Assembly (NCBI GenBank): GCA_020722365.1
Contig: DYKY01000002.1
Span: forward strand, 8,266-55,251
Direction: 5' to 3'
Origin: Thermoflexus sp.
Lineage (GTDB): Bacteria; Chloroflexota; Anaerolineae; B4-G1; SLSP01
DNA length: 46,986 bases
Shown: positions 8,773-17,142 of the stretch, one piece after another
Position numbering within the stretch: the stretch's first letter is position 1
How the letters are laid out: every line of letters starts with the position of its first letter
Program-made: the position numbers and the translations under genes
The notes under the pieces: model-generated
The model's database searches: none
What the model saw: only the letters and a program-made list of their open reading frames with translations
Told to the model about the DNA's origin: nothing

Positions 8773-9861
8773 ATGCGGATTGCGTTGGTGCATGATTGGC
8801 TGAACCAGTACGGCGGTGCAGAGCGGGTTTTGGAGCACCTCGTCGAGCAGTTTCCGGACGCGCCGGTCTACACGAGCATGTACTGGCGCGAGAAGATGCC
8901 CGCTGCATACCAAACCTGGGATATCCGCACGACGTGGATGGATCGCTTGCCGGGCGTGTACCGGCGGCATCAGTGGTATTTCCCCTTGTACGCGCTGGCT
9001 TTTGCCACGCTTGATGTGCGTCATCAAGGCTACGACGTGATCCTCAGCAACAAAAGCGGCTTCTGTCACGGCGTCCGTGCGGGCGAGACACCGCAGGTGT
9101 GCTACTGCCTCGCGCCGACGCGCTATGTGTGGGAGTTCGACGCTTACGCGGCCCGCGAGAACCTGCCGGGCGCGCTCAAAGTGTTGCTCAAGCCAGTTGT
9201 TGCTCTGCTGAAGCGTTGGGACTATCGCGTTGCTCAGCGCCCGACGACACACTTCGTCGCCATCTCCACAGAAATTCAGGAGCGCATCCGGAGCTACTAT
9301 CACCGCGATTCGAGTATTATCTATCCGCCGGTGGATGTGGAACGCTTCAGCCCGGCTCCGCAGCACGAGGATTACTACCTGATCGTTTCGCGGTTGATTC
9401 CCTACAAGCGCATCGATCTGGCCGTGGAAGCGTTCAACCGGCTTGGTTTGCCGCTGCGGGTTGTCGGCAGCGGGCGCGACCGCGAAGCCTTGGAGACGCT
9501 GGCGAAGCCAAACATCACGTTTATGGGCTACGTCCCCGATGCAGATTTGCCGGATTTGTTGGCGCGCTGCAAGGCATTTATCTTTCCGGGGCGTGAGGAT
9601 TTCGGGATCGCGCCATTGGAAGCGCAGGCTTCCGGACGTCCGGTGATTGCTTACGGCGCTGGGGGCGCGTTGGATTCGATCGTCGAGGGTGAGACGGGGG
9701 CATTCTTCCGTGAGGCGACGGCAGAATCCCTTGCGCAGGCTGTGCTGTCCTTCGACGCTGACCGCGTGGATCCGCTGGCTTGTCGCTCCAACGCCGAACG
9801 TTTCTCCGTCCCGCGTTTCCAGCAAGAGCTGTTGGCCACCCTCACGTGCGTTTTAGAATGA
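8773..9861 (+). CDS. Glycosyltransferase family 4 (GT-B)
   Basis: MRIALVHDWL..GGAERV, SRLIPYKRIDL, EDFGIAPLEAQASGRPVI. Confidence 0.92.
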   Translation: MRIALVHDWLNQYGGAERVLEHLVEQFPDAPVYTSMYWREKMPAAYQTWDIRTTWMDRLPGVYRRHQWYFPLYALAFATLDVRHQGYDVILSNKSGFCHGVRAGETPQVCYCLAPTRYVWEFDAYAARENLPGALKVLLKPVVALLKRWDYRVAQRPTTHFVAISTEIQERIRSYYHRDSSIIYPPVDVERFSPAPQHEDYYLIVSRLIPYKRIDLAVEAFNRLGLPLRVVGSGRDREALETLAKPNITFMGYVPDADLPDLLARCKAFIFPGREDFGIAPLEAQASGRPVIAYGAGGALDSIVEGETGAFFREATAESLAQAVLSFDADRVDPLACRSNAERFSVPRFQQELLATLTCVLE

Positions 9862-9920
9862 GCGAGTGGGCGAATCAGCGAATGGGCGAATTTGCCTGAT
9901 TACTCGTTACCCATTACTCA
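9856..9920. repeat. Two abutting short tandem repeats between convergent genes: five GAATNNGC-like octamers and three TTACYCR heptamers
   Basis: GAATGAGC GAGTGGGC GAATCAGC GAATGGGC GAATTTGC (9856-9895); TTACTCG TTACCCA TTACTCA (9900-9920). Confidence 0.75.
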
Positions 9921-11783
9921 CCACGGCATCGACTGAACTTCCCACTCCGGTCGTTTCGTCCACCAGGGCAAGATACCGTAGGACTCCGAGATGGCATCCG
10001 TGGTGTATAGTTCTTCCATGCACTCGTACCAACTCATGCCCTCGGTTTTCTGGAAATGCCACCACTCCACATCGTAGTAGGAGGCTCGCCAGTTGGAGAG
10101 TGCGTTGCGTCGCTCCCACCCGTAATCGGCGGCGATGGTGGTGAAGTCGACGTAGTAGCCTTCGGGAATTGTCGCCTTGAGTTCGCCCCCCTGGGCTGTC
10201 GCCAGCCCGCCGTCGGACCGCGCCGAGAGGTCCCAGGGCGCAACGCGCAGCGGCTCGCCCAGGCTGCCGTCCTGCTCTTTGGCTTTGATGTACACGCGCC
10301 AGTAGGTGACGCCGCCGATGTCCTCGCGCACCAGTTCTATCAGTCCGGTGCTCAGATACCCCTGGTTGATGTCCACGGCGCGCCCGCAGACGTGCCAGGA
10401 GATGCGCCCTTGCCCGGGGCGGGGCGTGTAATTCATCGTCCGCGATGAGTCGCCGAGGATGGATAGGTAGTCCCAGCCTGTTTGTTCTTCCACTGCCTTA
10501 CGTAGCGCGTTGTAGCTGTCATTGACTTTGTCGCTCAATTTCTCCGCACTGTCGCTATGATTGACGTTTGGCAGGTTGACCAACTGATATTTTTCGGGGC
10601 TCTCGGAAAGCAAAAGTTCGGTGTAAAGGGGGGATTCTTCTTCTCCCATACGTTGTACGAGCCGCGCTTCCAGTTCGGGATTGAGAGGTGTCAGCGTCCA
10701 CGAGGGCGTGTCCATCCAATCCATCGTACTGTAGCCCTCCTGGGCCAGTCCCCATCCTGTTGTGTCGGCCGCGATCAGGTACGACGTTGCCTGCTGGCGG
10801 AAGATGAAGGCTAACGCGCTCCCGCCGGGCGACCATGTGGGCTGTCCGCCCACGCCGAAGAGACTTGGGCGCAGCATCCCGGTTGCCAGAGCTTCTTTGT
10901 CGAAGGGGATTTTCCAGATCGTTTCGTTGCCGGGCACGCCGGCAGAGTAAACGATATAGCGTCCGTCGGGCGACCATTCGGCGTAATCCTCGTTTTGGTC
11001 GGGTGTGTTGGTCACGTTGACGGTGATACCATCGTCCAGTGAGATGACGTACAAATCCTTGTTACCGTTGCGATAGGCCGTAAATGCGATGTGCCGTCCA
11101 TCAGGCGACCAGGCCGGGGAATACTCCGGGGCGGATTCCGAGGTTAACCGCTGGCTGTCGCCACGCTCCACATTGAGGATGTAGATATCGAAATTCCCAT
11201 CCACATAGGCTTCATAGGCCAACCATTTGCCATCGGGTGACCACGTCGGCGCAGCCTGATAATCCGGCGTGCGTGTCAGCCGTATCACGGTGCCGGCTGT
11301 CATCTCGATGAGATAGAGGTCCCAGCCGCCGCTGCGTTGCGAGGCAAACGCAAGGTGTTGTCCATCGGGGGACCAGACCGGATTGCGATCTTCGCCGGGA
11401 TCGAAGGTGAGCCGCAGCAGATTGCCGGTGTTCTGCGAGAGCAGGTAGATGTCGCTGTTCCCGTTGTGCCGCATTGAAAACGCTAGCGTCCCACCGCTGC
11501 CGACCGGGGTGGGGGTGAGCGGTGGCGCGCCAGGGACCGGTGTGGGAATGTACCATGTGGATGCCGGTGGTGTAGCTGTGACGACGACCGTGCGTTCAAC
11601 CTCACGCTCTATGGCGGGTGGGGCCGGGCGGACGATGAGCGCCAGCGCGCCAATGAGCAGAATAATCCAGACGACTAGTGGAACCTTGACCTGCCGGGGT
11701 TTGAAAAAATAGCTTAATATTTGTTTTAATGCTTTGCTGTACGCCACAGTATGCTTTCTCCCACCTCTAAACATAGCCGACAA
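9918..11783 (-). CDS. Membrane-anchored TolB-like (PD40) beta-propeller with a C-terminal M15-like Zn-peptidase domain; start uncertain (TTG 11783 or ATG 11774)
   Basis: N-terminal TM helix, Pro/Thr linker, repeated WSPDG; SWHVCGRAVD and EWWH motifs. Confidence 0.8.
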   Translation of the reverse strand: MSAMFRGGRKHTVAYSKALKQILSYFFKPRQVKVPLVVWIILLIGALALIVRPAPPAIEREVERTVVVTATPPASTWYIPTPVPGAPPLTPTPVGSGGTLAFSMRHNGNSDIYLLSQNTGNLLRLTFDPGEDRNPVWSPDGQHLAFASQRSGGWDLYLIEMTAGTVIRLTRTPDYQAAPTWSPDGKWLAYEAYVDGNFDIYILNVERGDSQRLTSESAPEYSPAWSPDGRHIAFTAYRNGNKDLYVISLDDGITVNVTNTPDQNEDYAEWSPDGRYIVYSAGVPGNETIWKIPFDKEALATGMLRPSLFGVGGQPTWSPGGSALAFIFRQQATSYLIAADTTGWGLAQEGYSTMDWMDTPSWTLTPLNPELEARLVQRMGEEESPLYTELLLSESPEKYQLVNLPNVNHSDSAEKLSDKVNDSYNALRKAVEEQTGWDYLSILGDSSRTMNYTPRPGQGRISWHVCGRAVDINQGYLSTGLIELVREDIGGVTYWRVYIKAKEQDGSLGEPLRVAPWDLSARSDGGLATAQGGELKATIPEGYYVDFTTIAADYGWERRNALSNWRASYYDVEWWHFQKTEGMSWYECMEELYTTDAISESYGILPWWTKRPEWEVQSMPW

Positions 11784-11864
11784 CGGGAGAATGTCAAACT
11801 TGGTATAAAAAAGTCCAGGCGAGTTCTGTGTTGGCTCGCCTGGACTGTTGAACGGTTGTGCGTG

Positions 11865-12635
11865 TTAGTCTGCTTCGAGGGTGGCTTTGGCTTCGGCTGC
11901 ACGGCGTGCGCGTTGTCTGGCAGCTACGTGCGCCAGCAGGATGCCGAAAAAGTAGAGCACAACGAATGGCCCGGTGACCAACAGCATGGTGAGCATATCT
12001 GTAGTCGGTGTGATGACCGCGGCGAAGATTGCAGCGACAAAGACGACTACCCGCCAGGCCTGAGCAAGCTGTTTGGGCGTCACGACGCCTAACAAGGCGA
12101 TCACGTAAATGACCAAGGGTGTTTGAAAAACGAGGCCCATCCATAACAAGAGCATTGAAACAAAGGCGAGGTATTTCTCCAGGGAGTACTGTGTTGTGAC
12201 GACCGAGCCAAAAAAGCCCATCAAAACGGGCATGCTGATGGGGACTAAAACCTGCAAAGTAAATAACGCTCCCAGAACGAAAAAGATGATGACCGTGGGG
12301 AGAACCAGCAGGACGGTTTTTCGTTCGTTGCTGAACAGACCCGGCCTTATAAAAGCATAAATCTGATACAGAAGGTAGGGTAGCGCAGCGCCGAAACCGA
12401 GTGTCAGTGCGATTTTGAAGTACGTCATCGGCGCTTCGGTTGGACTGAGCACAACAACTGGGGCGCCGCCTAGTGGTTTGACGAGCCATGCGACTACGTA
12501 ATCGGTAACGAGCATCGCTATGATAGTCGTGATGATGACAGCCGCTACGGAGCGGAAGAGCCGCACGCGCAGTTCTCTAATGTGTTCGAGAAGATCCATG
12601 CCATTTTCTTCCGTCATCTTATTTATCCTCGTCAC
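11865..12635 (-). CDS. tatC: Twin-arginine translocase subunit TatC
   Basis: LLEHIRELRVRL, PTE, FIRPGL..NE, FQTP, AAVITPTTD; multi-TM. Confidence 0.95.
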   Translation of the reverse strand: MTRINKMTEENGMDLLEHIRELRVRLFRSVAAVIITTIIAMLVTDYVVAWLVKPLGGAPVVVLSPTEAPMTYFKIALTLGFGAALPYLLYQIYAFIRPGLFSNERKTVLLVLPTVIIFFVLGALFTLQVLVPISMPVLMGFFGSVVTTQYSLEKYLAFVSMLLLWMGLVFQTPLVIYVIALLGVVTPKQLAQAWRVVVFVAAIFAAVITPTTDMLTMLLVTGPFVVLYFFGILLAHVAARQRARRAAEAKATLEAD

Positions 12636-13158
12636 CTGGGCCTGCAGATACTGAAGTGGGAGCGCCTTTTGTGGCAGTAGCGACTGCAGAGGGGGGTGTT
12701 TTTCCGAGCCGTTCAGCTTCAGAAGTCACCCGTGATGGAGCGCTTGGCTTTGTCGCCATGGGGGTGATTGCTCCCGGCGCGGGTTCATTCAGCGTGGCTT
12801 CAAGCGCCTTGGGGACTTCGCTCACGCCGGTAGCAACGGACGTTGACACATCTTCCAGCGTGGTTTTGACGTCTTCGACCGCCGCTATGGCTTCGCTGAG
12901 ATCGGCTTTGGTTATAGCTTTGACATTTGCTACGGTTTTCTGAAGCTCGGCAACCGATGCTTGCGTTTCTTTGATGGTTTCTTTTATTTCTTCGGGCACG
13001 TAATCGCCCTTGAGAACGCTCGCTGACATTTGCTGTATTTTGCGTACATATCCTCCCATTGTCTGCATAATTTTCAGAATATCTTCAGGACCAAAAAGGA
13101 TAATCGCCAACAGCACAATGATAAGGAGCTCACCACCTCCGATATTTAAAAACTCCAT
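12619..13158 (-). CDS. tatB: Twin-arginine translocase TatB-like subunit
   Basis: MEFLNIGGGELLIIVLLAIILFGPE, amphipathic helix and long charged tail; start set at ATG 13158 with GGAG RBS. Confidence 0.85.
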   Translation of the reverse strand: MEFLNIGGGELLIIVLLAIILFGPEDILKIMQTMGGYVRKIQQMSASVLKGDYVPEEIKETIKETQASVAELQKTVANVKAITKADLSEAIAAVEDVKTTLEDVSTSVATGVSEVPKALEATLNEPAPGAITPMATKPSAPSRVTSEAERLGKTPPSAVATATKGAPTSVSAGPGDEDK

Positions 13159-13191
13159 CCCGCATCTCCGTGGCAGTTGTGTTAGACCATA

Positions 13192-13232
13192 GATCAAACC
13201 GCCGGTGGGGAAAAGCCGGCGGCGACTTGATC
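13192..13232 (-). terminator. Stem-loop between tatA and tatB (partial terminator or mRNA stabiliser)
   Basis: CCGCCGG (13199-13205) / CCGGCGG (13216-13222) plus outer GATCAA/TTGATC. Confidence 0.45.
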
Positions 13233-13249
13233 GGGGTGTTTATGCTGCG

Positions 13250-13453
13250 TTAGGCTTCGTTCGAAGCGTTCTCAGAGTCAGTTGTATCAGTGTTTTCTTT
13301 GGGTTTGTTGGGCTGTAGGCCCTCCTTGAACCCGCGGATTCCTTTGCCCAGCTCTGCTCCAAGGCGCGCGACCCGTCCAGGCCCAAAGATGATCAAGGCT
13401 AACACAATAACCAAAACCAGCTCCAACGGACCGAATTGTTTGAACAGTGGCAT
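13250..13453 (-). CDS. tatA: Twin-arginine translocase subunit TatA
   Basis: GPLELVLVIVLALIIFGPGR..LGKGIRGFK; GGAGGT RBS before ATG 13453. Confidence 0.93.
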   Translation of the reverse strand: MPLFKQFGPLELVLVIVLALIIFGPGRVARLGAELGKGIRGFKEGLQPNKPKENTDTTDSENASNEA

Positions 13454-13602
13454 TTCAACCTCCAAAACAAGATTTTTCTGAGTGCGTCTCTTGTGGGCAC
13501 ATAGCCCTCTTCGATAACGCTCGTCTTACACAAGTTCTATCATACTATGGTTTAGCAGATACGCAAACACGAGGAAAATCGCGGGGTCCTGGTTTCACAT
13601 AG

Positions 13603-13675
13603 AGTCCCCGGTGAGACTCGAACTCACAACCCCCTGGTTCGAAGCCAGGTGCGCTGTCCATTGCGCCACGGGGAC
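13603..13675 (-). tRNA. tRNA-Arg (anticodon UCG), CCA not encoded
   Basis: GTCCCCG/CGGGGAC acceptor stem, anticodon arm CCTGG-CTTCGAA-CCAGG, T-loop GTTCGAGT. Confidence 0.93.
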
Positions 13676-13697
13676 TGGAAGACATATCCTCAAGGAT

Positions 13698-13727
13698 ATA
13701 AAAAGCCGGACACACTGGCCCGGCTTC
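13698..13727 (-). terminator. Hairpin plus T-run between tRNA-His and tRNA-Arg
   Basis: Minus strand GAAGCCGGGCCAGTGTGTCCGGCTTTTTAT. Confidence 0.5.
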
Positions 13728-13730
13728 TAG

Positions 13731-13804
13731 GGTGACTGGTGGGACTCGAACCCACAGTTGCCTGAGTCACAGTCAGGAGCCTTAACCATTAGGCCACAGC
13801 CACC
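13731..13804 (-). tRNA. tRNA-His (anticodon GUG) with encoded G-1
   Basis: G-GTGGCTG/CAGTCAC-C acceptor, CCTGA-CTGTGAC-TCAGG anticodon arm, GTTCGAGT T-loop. Confidence 0.94.
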
Positions 13805-13818
13805 ATGCTACGGGCGAG

Positions 13819-13846
13819 ATTGTACCACAGAAGGAGAAATGGGCAA
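13819..13846 (-). promoter_or_regulatory. Putative sigma70 promoter of tRNA-His
   Basis: Minus strand TTGCCC-16 bp-TACAAT with extended -10 TG. Confidence 0.5.
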
Positions 13847-13882
13847 ATGTCTCACGACTGTGCGACCGTTGTAAGCTCGAGG

Positions 13883-15145
13883 TTATTTTCCCCCCTCTTC
13901 CGTTGTGGCAAACGGGTTTCCGATGGGCAGCAAAATATGAAAGGTGCTACCGGGGAATTTCTCCTCATCGTAGCCGGGACTTTCTGCCCACACTTTGCCG
14001 TTGTGGGCTTCGATAATGCCTTTGGATACGACTAATCCCAGTCCCAAACCGCCCCCCTTGAACGCCGTCTTGCTGGAACGGTGCAATGCCACATCCTCCA
14101 GGACATAGAAGCGCTCAAAGATGTGGATAAGTTCCTGGGGCGGGATGCCGACGCCGGTATCCTTAATCCAGATATGCACGACATCCTCCAGGGTTTCAGC
14201 ATCGATTGTTACTTTCCCATTATCAGGCGTGTATTTAATGGAATTGCTGATGAGGTTACCGATAGCCTGGTGCAATCGTCGCGGGTCGCCCTCGATAACC
14301 GGCGCTTTCTTGATGCCCTGTCCAAGTTCGAGGGTGAGATTGCGTTGTGGACCGAAGCTGCGCAGGTTGTGCAACACTGATTGAATAACCGAATGGATGA
14401 AGACCGGCTCGTGTGAGAGGTCGAGACGATTGGCGTCAATCAGCGAGACGTTGAGGATATCTTGAATGACCTCACTCAATCGTTTGACGGCATCGGAGAC
14501 TTTCGACAAGAGGTGGCGCGGACTGCCTTCGGTTTCTTCTTCGCCGGGAATAGCAGGATTGGAGCGGAGAATTTGCAGATAGCCGTAGATGACGGTGAGC
14601 GGTGTCCGCAACTCGTGCCCGGCCAGTATGACGAAATCGGATTTCATCTTCTCGACGCGTTGTAGTTCGGCGTTGGCATTTTCCAGCTCTCGGATTTTCT
14701 CCTCAAGCCGGTTCACCAGACGTTGATTGTACTCTAGCAGATATTCGGCCTTTTCTTCCGGTGTGCCAACTTCATCCTCCAGGCCTACCATATAGGCGCG
14801 AATCTGGTCGCCAAAGCGATCTACATCGATGGGTTTAGGGATGTAACCATTGCACCCGGCCACCAACGCGCGCTCCCGGTCGCCGCGCAGCGTCGCGGCT
14901 GTGACGGCGATGATGGGGACTTCTCTCAGGCCCTCAAGGGTACGCAGGCGCGTGGTTACCTCGTAGCCATCAAGCCCGCTGATGTTGATATCCATCAGAA
15001 TAAGGTCCGGTTTTTCGCGTCGTGCGGCTTCGATGGCGCCTAGCCCATTGTCGGCTAGCGCGACTTCGAATCCCTCGGCGGTGAGGATGCGTTGGACTAA
15101 CCGCTGACTGGCGAGATCATCTTCAACGTATAGAATCTTCGTCAT
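13883..15145 (-). CDS. Hybrid histidine kinase, REC-HisKA-HATPase, soluble
   Basis: YVEDD/LMDI/KP receiver; GHELRTPL H-box, NLISNSIKY, DTGVGI, GLGLGL; no TM or sensor domain. Confidence 0.92.
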   Translation of the reverse strand: MTKILYVEDDLASQRLVQRILTAEGFEVALADNGLGAIEAARREKPDLILMDINISGLDGYEVTTRLRTLEGLREVPIIAVTAATLRGDRERALVAGCNGYIPKPIDVDRFGDQIRAYMVGLEDEVGTPEEKAEYLLEYNQRLVNRLEEKIRELENANAELQRVEKMKSDFVILAGHELRTPLTVIYGYLQILRSNPAIPGEEETEGSPRHLLSKVSDAVKRLSEVIQDILNVSLIDANRLDLSHEPVFIHSVIQSVLHNLRSFGPQRNLTLELGQGIKKAPVIEGDPRRLHQAIGNLISNSIKYTPDNGKVTIDAETLEDVVHIWIKDTGVGIPPQELIHIFERFYVLEDVALHRSSKTAFKGGGLGLGLVVSKGIIEAHNGKVWAESPGYDEEKFPGSTFHILLPIGNPFATTEEGGK

Positions 15146-16875
15146 TTCTCCTCGTCATTTTTGCCCAGAAGAGCACTGATCTCCTGTAAAAGATCCTCAT
15201 CCATAAACGCCCCTTTTTGTAAGAGCATTTGAATCTGGCCCTGAAGACGTTCGCGGTCTTTCAGGGTCAACTCTTTCGCAGTAATCACGATGACCGGGAT
15301 GTCTTTCAGTTTTGGATCGGCTTTGAGATGGTCGATCACGGCGAACCCGTTCATATCCGGCATCATCAGATCAAGCAGGATCAGATCGGGATGCATTGCG
15401 CGGATCATATCGAGGCCTTCTTTGCCCGTGTGTGCCTCGCCAATTTGGAATTCGCCATGCGTTTGCAGGATGCGTCGCAGTAGCCGGGCAGCCTCTGGAT
15501 TGTCTTCCACAATCATAATCTGTTGCACGCGCTTGTCGAGTTGGTCGAGCGCCCCCAACAATCCTCCTTGAGCCGGCGGAGCGGGAGCCGGCGTTACAGG
15601 CGCGGCCGGCGTGAGCGTCTCTGCGCTTGCCGGCAAAACTTTAAACCAATCTTCCTCAAGCAGGAATTTTTCCACAGGGAAGGTGTGACCAGAACAACAA
15701 ACAACCACCGTCTCATTACGGTTGATGACACCCATATTGAGCAGCTTGAATAGACCTGCAAAGGCTACTGCTGCCGCCGGCTCGATGGATAGGCCCTCCA
15801 TCTTTGCCATCACGTGCAACGCCCGGAAGGCCTCCTCATCGGTGACGGATTCGAAGACACCGCCATAATCCTGCATAACGCGGTACAGATACTCGTAGGC
15901 CGGGCCTGGTGCACCGGTGGCGATGGTAATCACTCGCGTTGTGGGGTCTGTCACCACCTCGGCTTGGGGTAGGTTTTTGCGGAAAGCATTGGTCATTGGG
16001 GCGCAACCGTCGGCCTGGACCAAAGCCAGTTTGGGCAGGCGATTGACCAATCCCATCTGGTACATTTCCTCGTAACCTTTCCAGAAGCCGATAGGCCCCA
16101 TCCCGCCGCTCACGGACTGGATGTACCAATCCGGTGTGCGCCAGGGAACGCCGGGCTGCGGCGGCCCCAGTTCGGCGGCAAGTTGCTCGGCGACCTCAAA
16201 AGCGATGGTTTTCATGCTTTCGCGAGTTCCGGTGTTGCGAATGCCGCGATCCACGAGAATCCCCCGGTGTTCGGCAAACTGCGCTGCCACCTTCTTTGTC
16301 ACGTCGTAGTTGGCGGTCACTTTAACCACCTCGCTACCGTAGATGGCAATCTCGCGCATCTTTTCGGGCGGAACCAGACTCGGCAGGAAAGTCCACAGTT
16401 TAATGCCCGCATGAGCTGAATAGGCGGAGTACGAAATGGCGACATTGCCCGTCGAGGCGACGACGAGTTCAGTGATGCCGGCCTCTTTCATCATCGAGAT
16501 GACCATGGCTGCCTGGCGGTCTTTGAAGGAGTTAGTGGGGTTCTGACGTTCATCTTTGATGAAGAGATTCGGCGTGCCGAGCATCATGCCGAGGTTGTTG
16601 GCGCGCATGAGTGTCGTGCCACCTTCGCCCATTGTGATCTGGAAGTCATCGCGTCTGAGCGGCAGAAGTTCGCGATAGCGCCACATCTTAAAAGGTCGTT
16701 GGCGTAGGATATCGGGCCAGAGCCGTGCGATGCGGTTATAATCGTACCGGACTTCCATCCAATCGTGTCCACATGCGCTACAGATGTGTGTGGGCAGGAC
16801 AAATGGCTGGCGATGACCGCATTTACCACATTCGAGTTCAATATCCATTGGGATGGCGGCTGGAATAACTTGCAT
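15142..16875 (-). CDS. Threonine-synthase-like PLP enzyme with N-terminal Zn ribbon and C-terminal receiver domain
   Basis: CGKC..CSAC; GEGGT, NPTNSFKDR (PLP Lys), ASTGN; Pro/Ala linker; IVEDN..LLDLMMPDMNG..ITAK receiver. Confidence 0.88.
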   Translation of the reverse strand: MQVIPAAIPMDIELECGKCGHRQPFVLPTHICSACGHDWMEVRYDYNRIARLWPDILRQRPFKMWRYRELLPLRRDDFQITMGEGGTTLMRANNLGMMLGTPNLFIKDERQNPTNSFKDRQAAMVISMMKEAGITELVVASTGNVAISYSAYSAHAGIKLWTFLPSLVPPEKMREIAIYGSEVVKVTANYDVTKKVAAQFAEHRGILVDRGIRNTGTRESMKTIAFEVAEQLAAELGPPQPGVPWRTPDWYIQSVSGGMGPIGFWKGYEEMYQMGLVNRLPKLALVQADGCAPMTNAFRKNLPQAEVVTDPTTRVITIATGAPGPAYEYLYRVMQDYGGVFESVTDEEAFRALHVMAKMEGLSIEPAAAVAFAGLFKLLNMGVINRNETVVVCCSGHTFPVEKFLLEEDWFKVLPASAETLTPAAPVTPAPAPPAQGGLLGALDQLDKRVQQIMIVEDNPEAARLLRRILQTHGEFQIGEAHTGKEGLDMIRAMHPDLILLDLMMPDMNGFAVIDHLKADPKLKDIPVIVITAKELTLKDRERLQGQIQMLLQKGAFMDEDLLQEISALLGKNDEEK

Positions 16876-16996
16876 GATTGCCTCTATCGTTAAATGCTGT
16901 TAAGTGGTATCCTGGTTAATGAATTGGCATATCAAGAATAGCACAAGTTTTTATAAGAACAAGCGTAAGGGGATTGGCGAACGGTTCACTAGAGTT

Positions 16997-17051
16997 TTGC
17001 ACTTTCAGTAGTTCTGTTGTACAATTCAGACAGCCAACAACCGTTGGCTGT
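16997..17051 (+). promoter_or_regulatory. Putative sigma70 promoter followed by a perfect 9-bp inverted repeat
   Basis: TTGCAC (16997)-17 bp-TACAAT (17020); ACAGCCAAC-aacc-GTTGGCTGT (17030-17051). Confidence 0.6.
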
Positions 17052-17142
17052 TTGGAGAATGGATAGGCATAGATGGCGCTTCCTGCTTATTCTCGTATAA
17101 TGTGGTTGTATTTGCTCTTATGCTAACAGAAGGTTTTCAGGG

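Noticed and set aside
13603-13804. tRNA-anchored genomic island
   Set aside because: No integrase and no duplicated tRNA 3' end seen in the window
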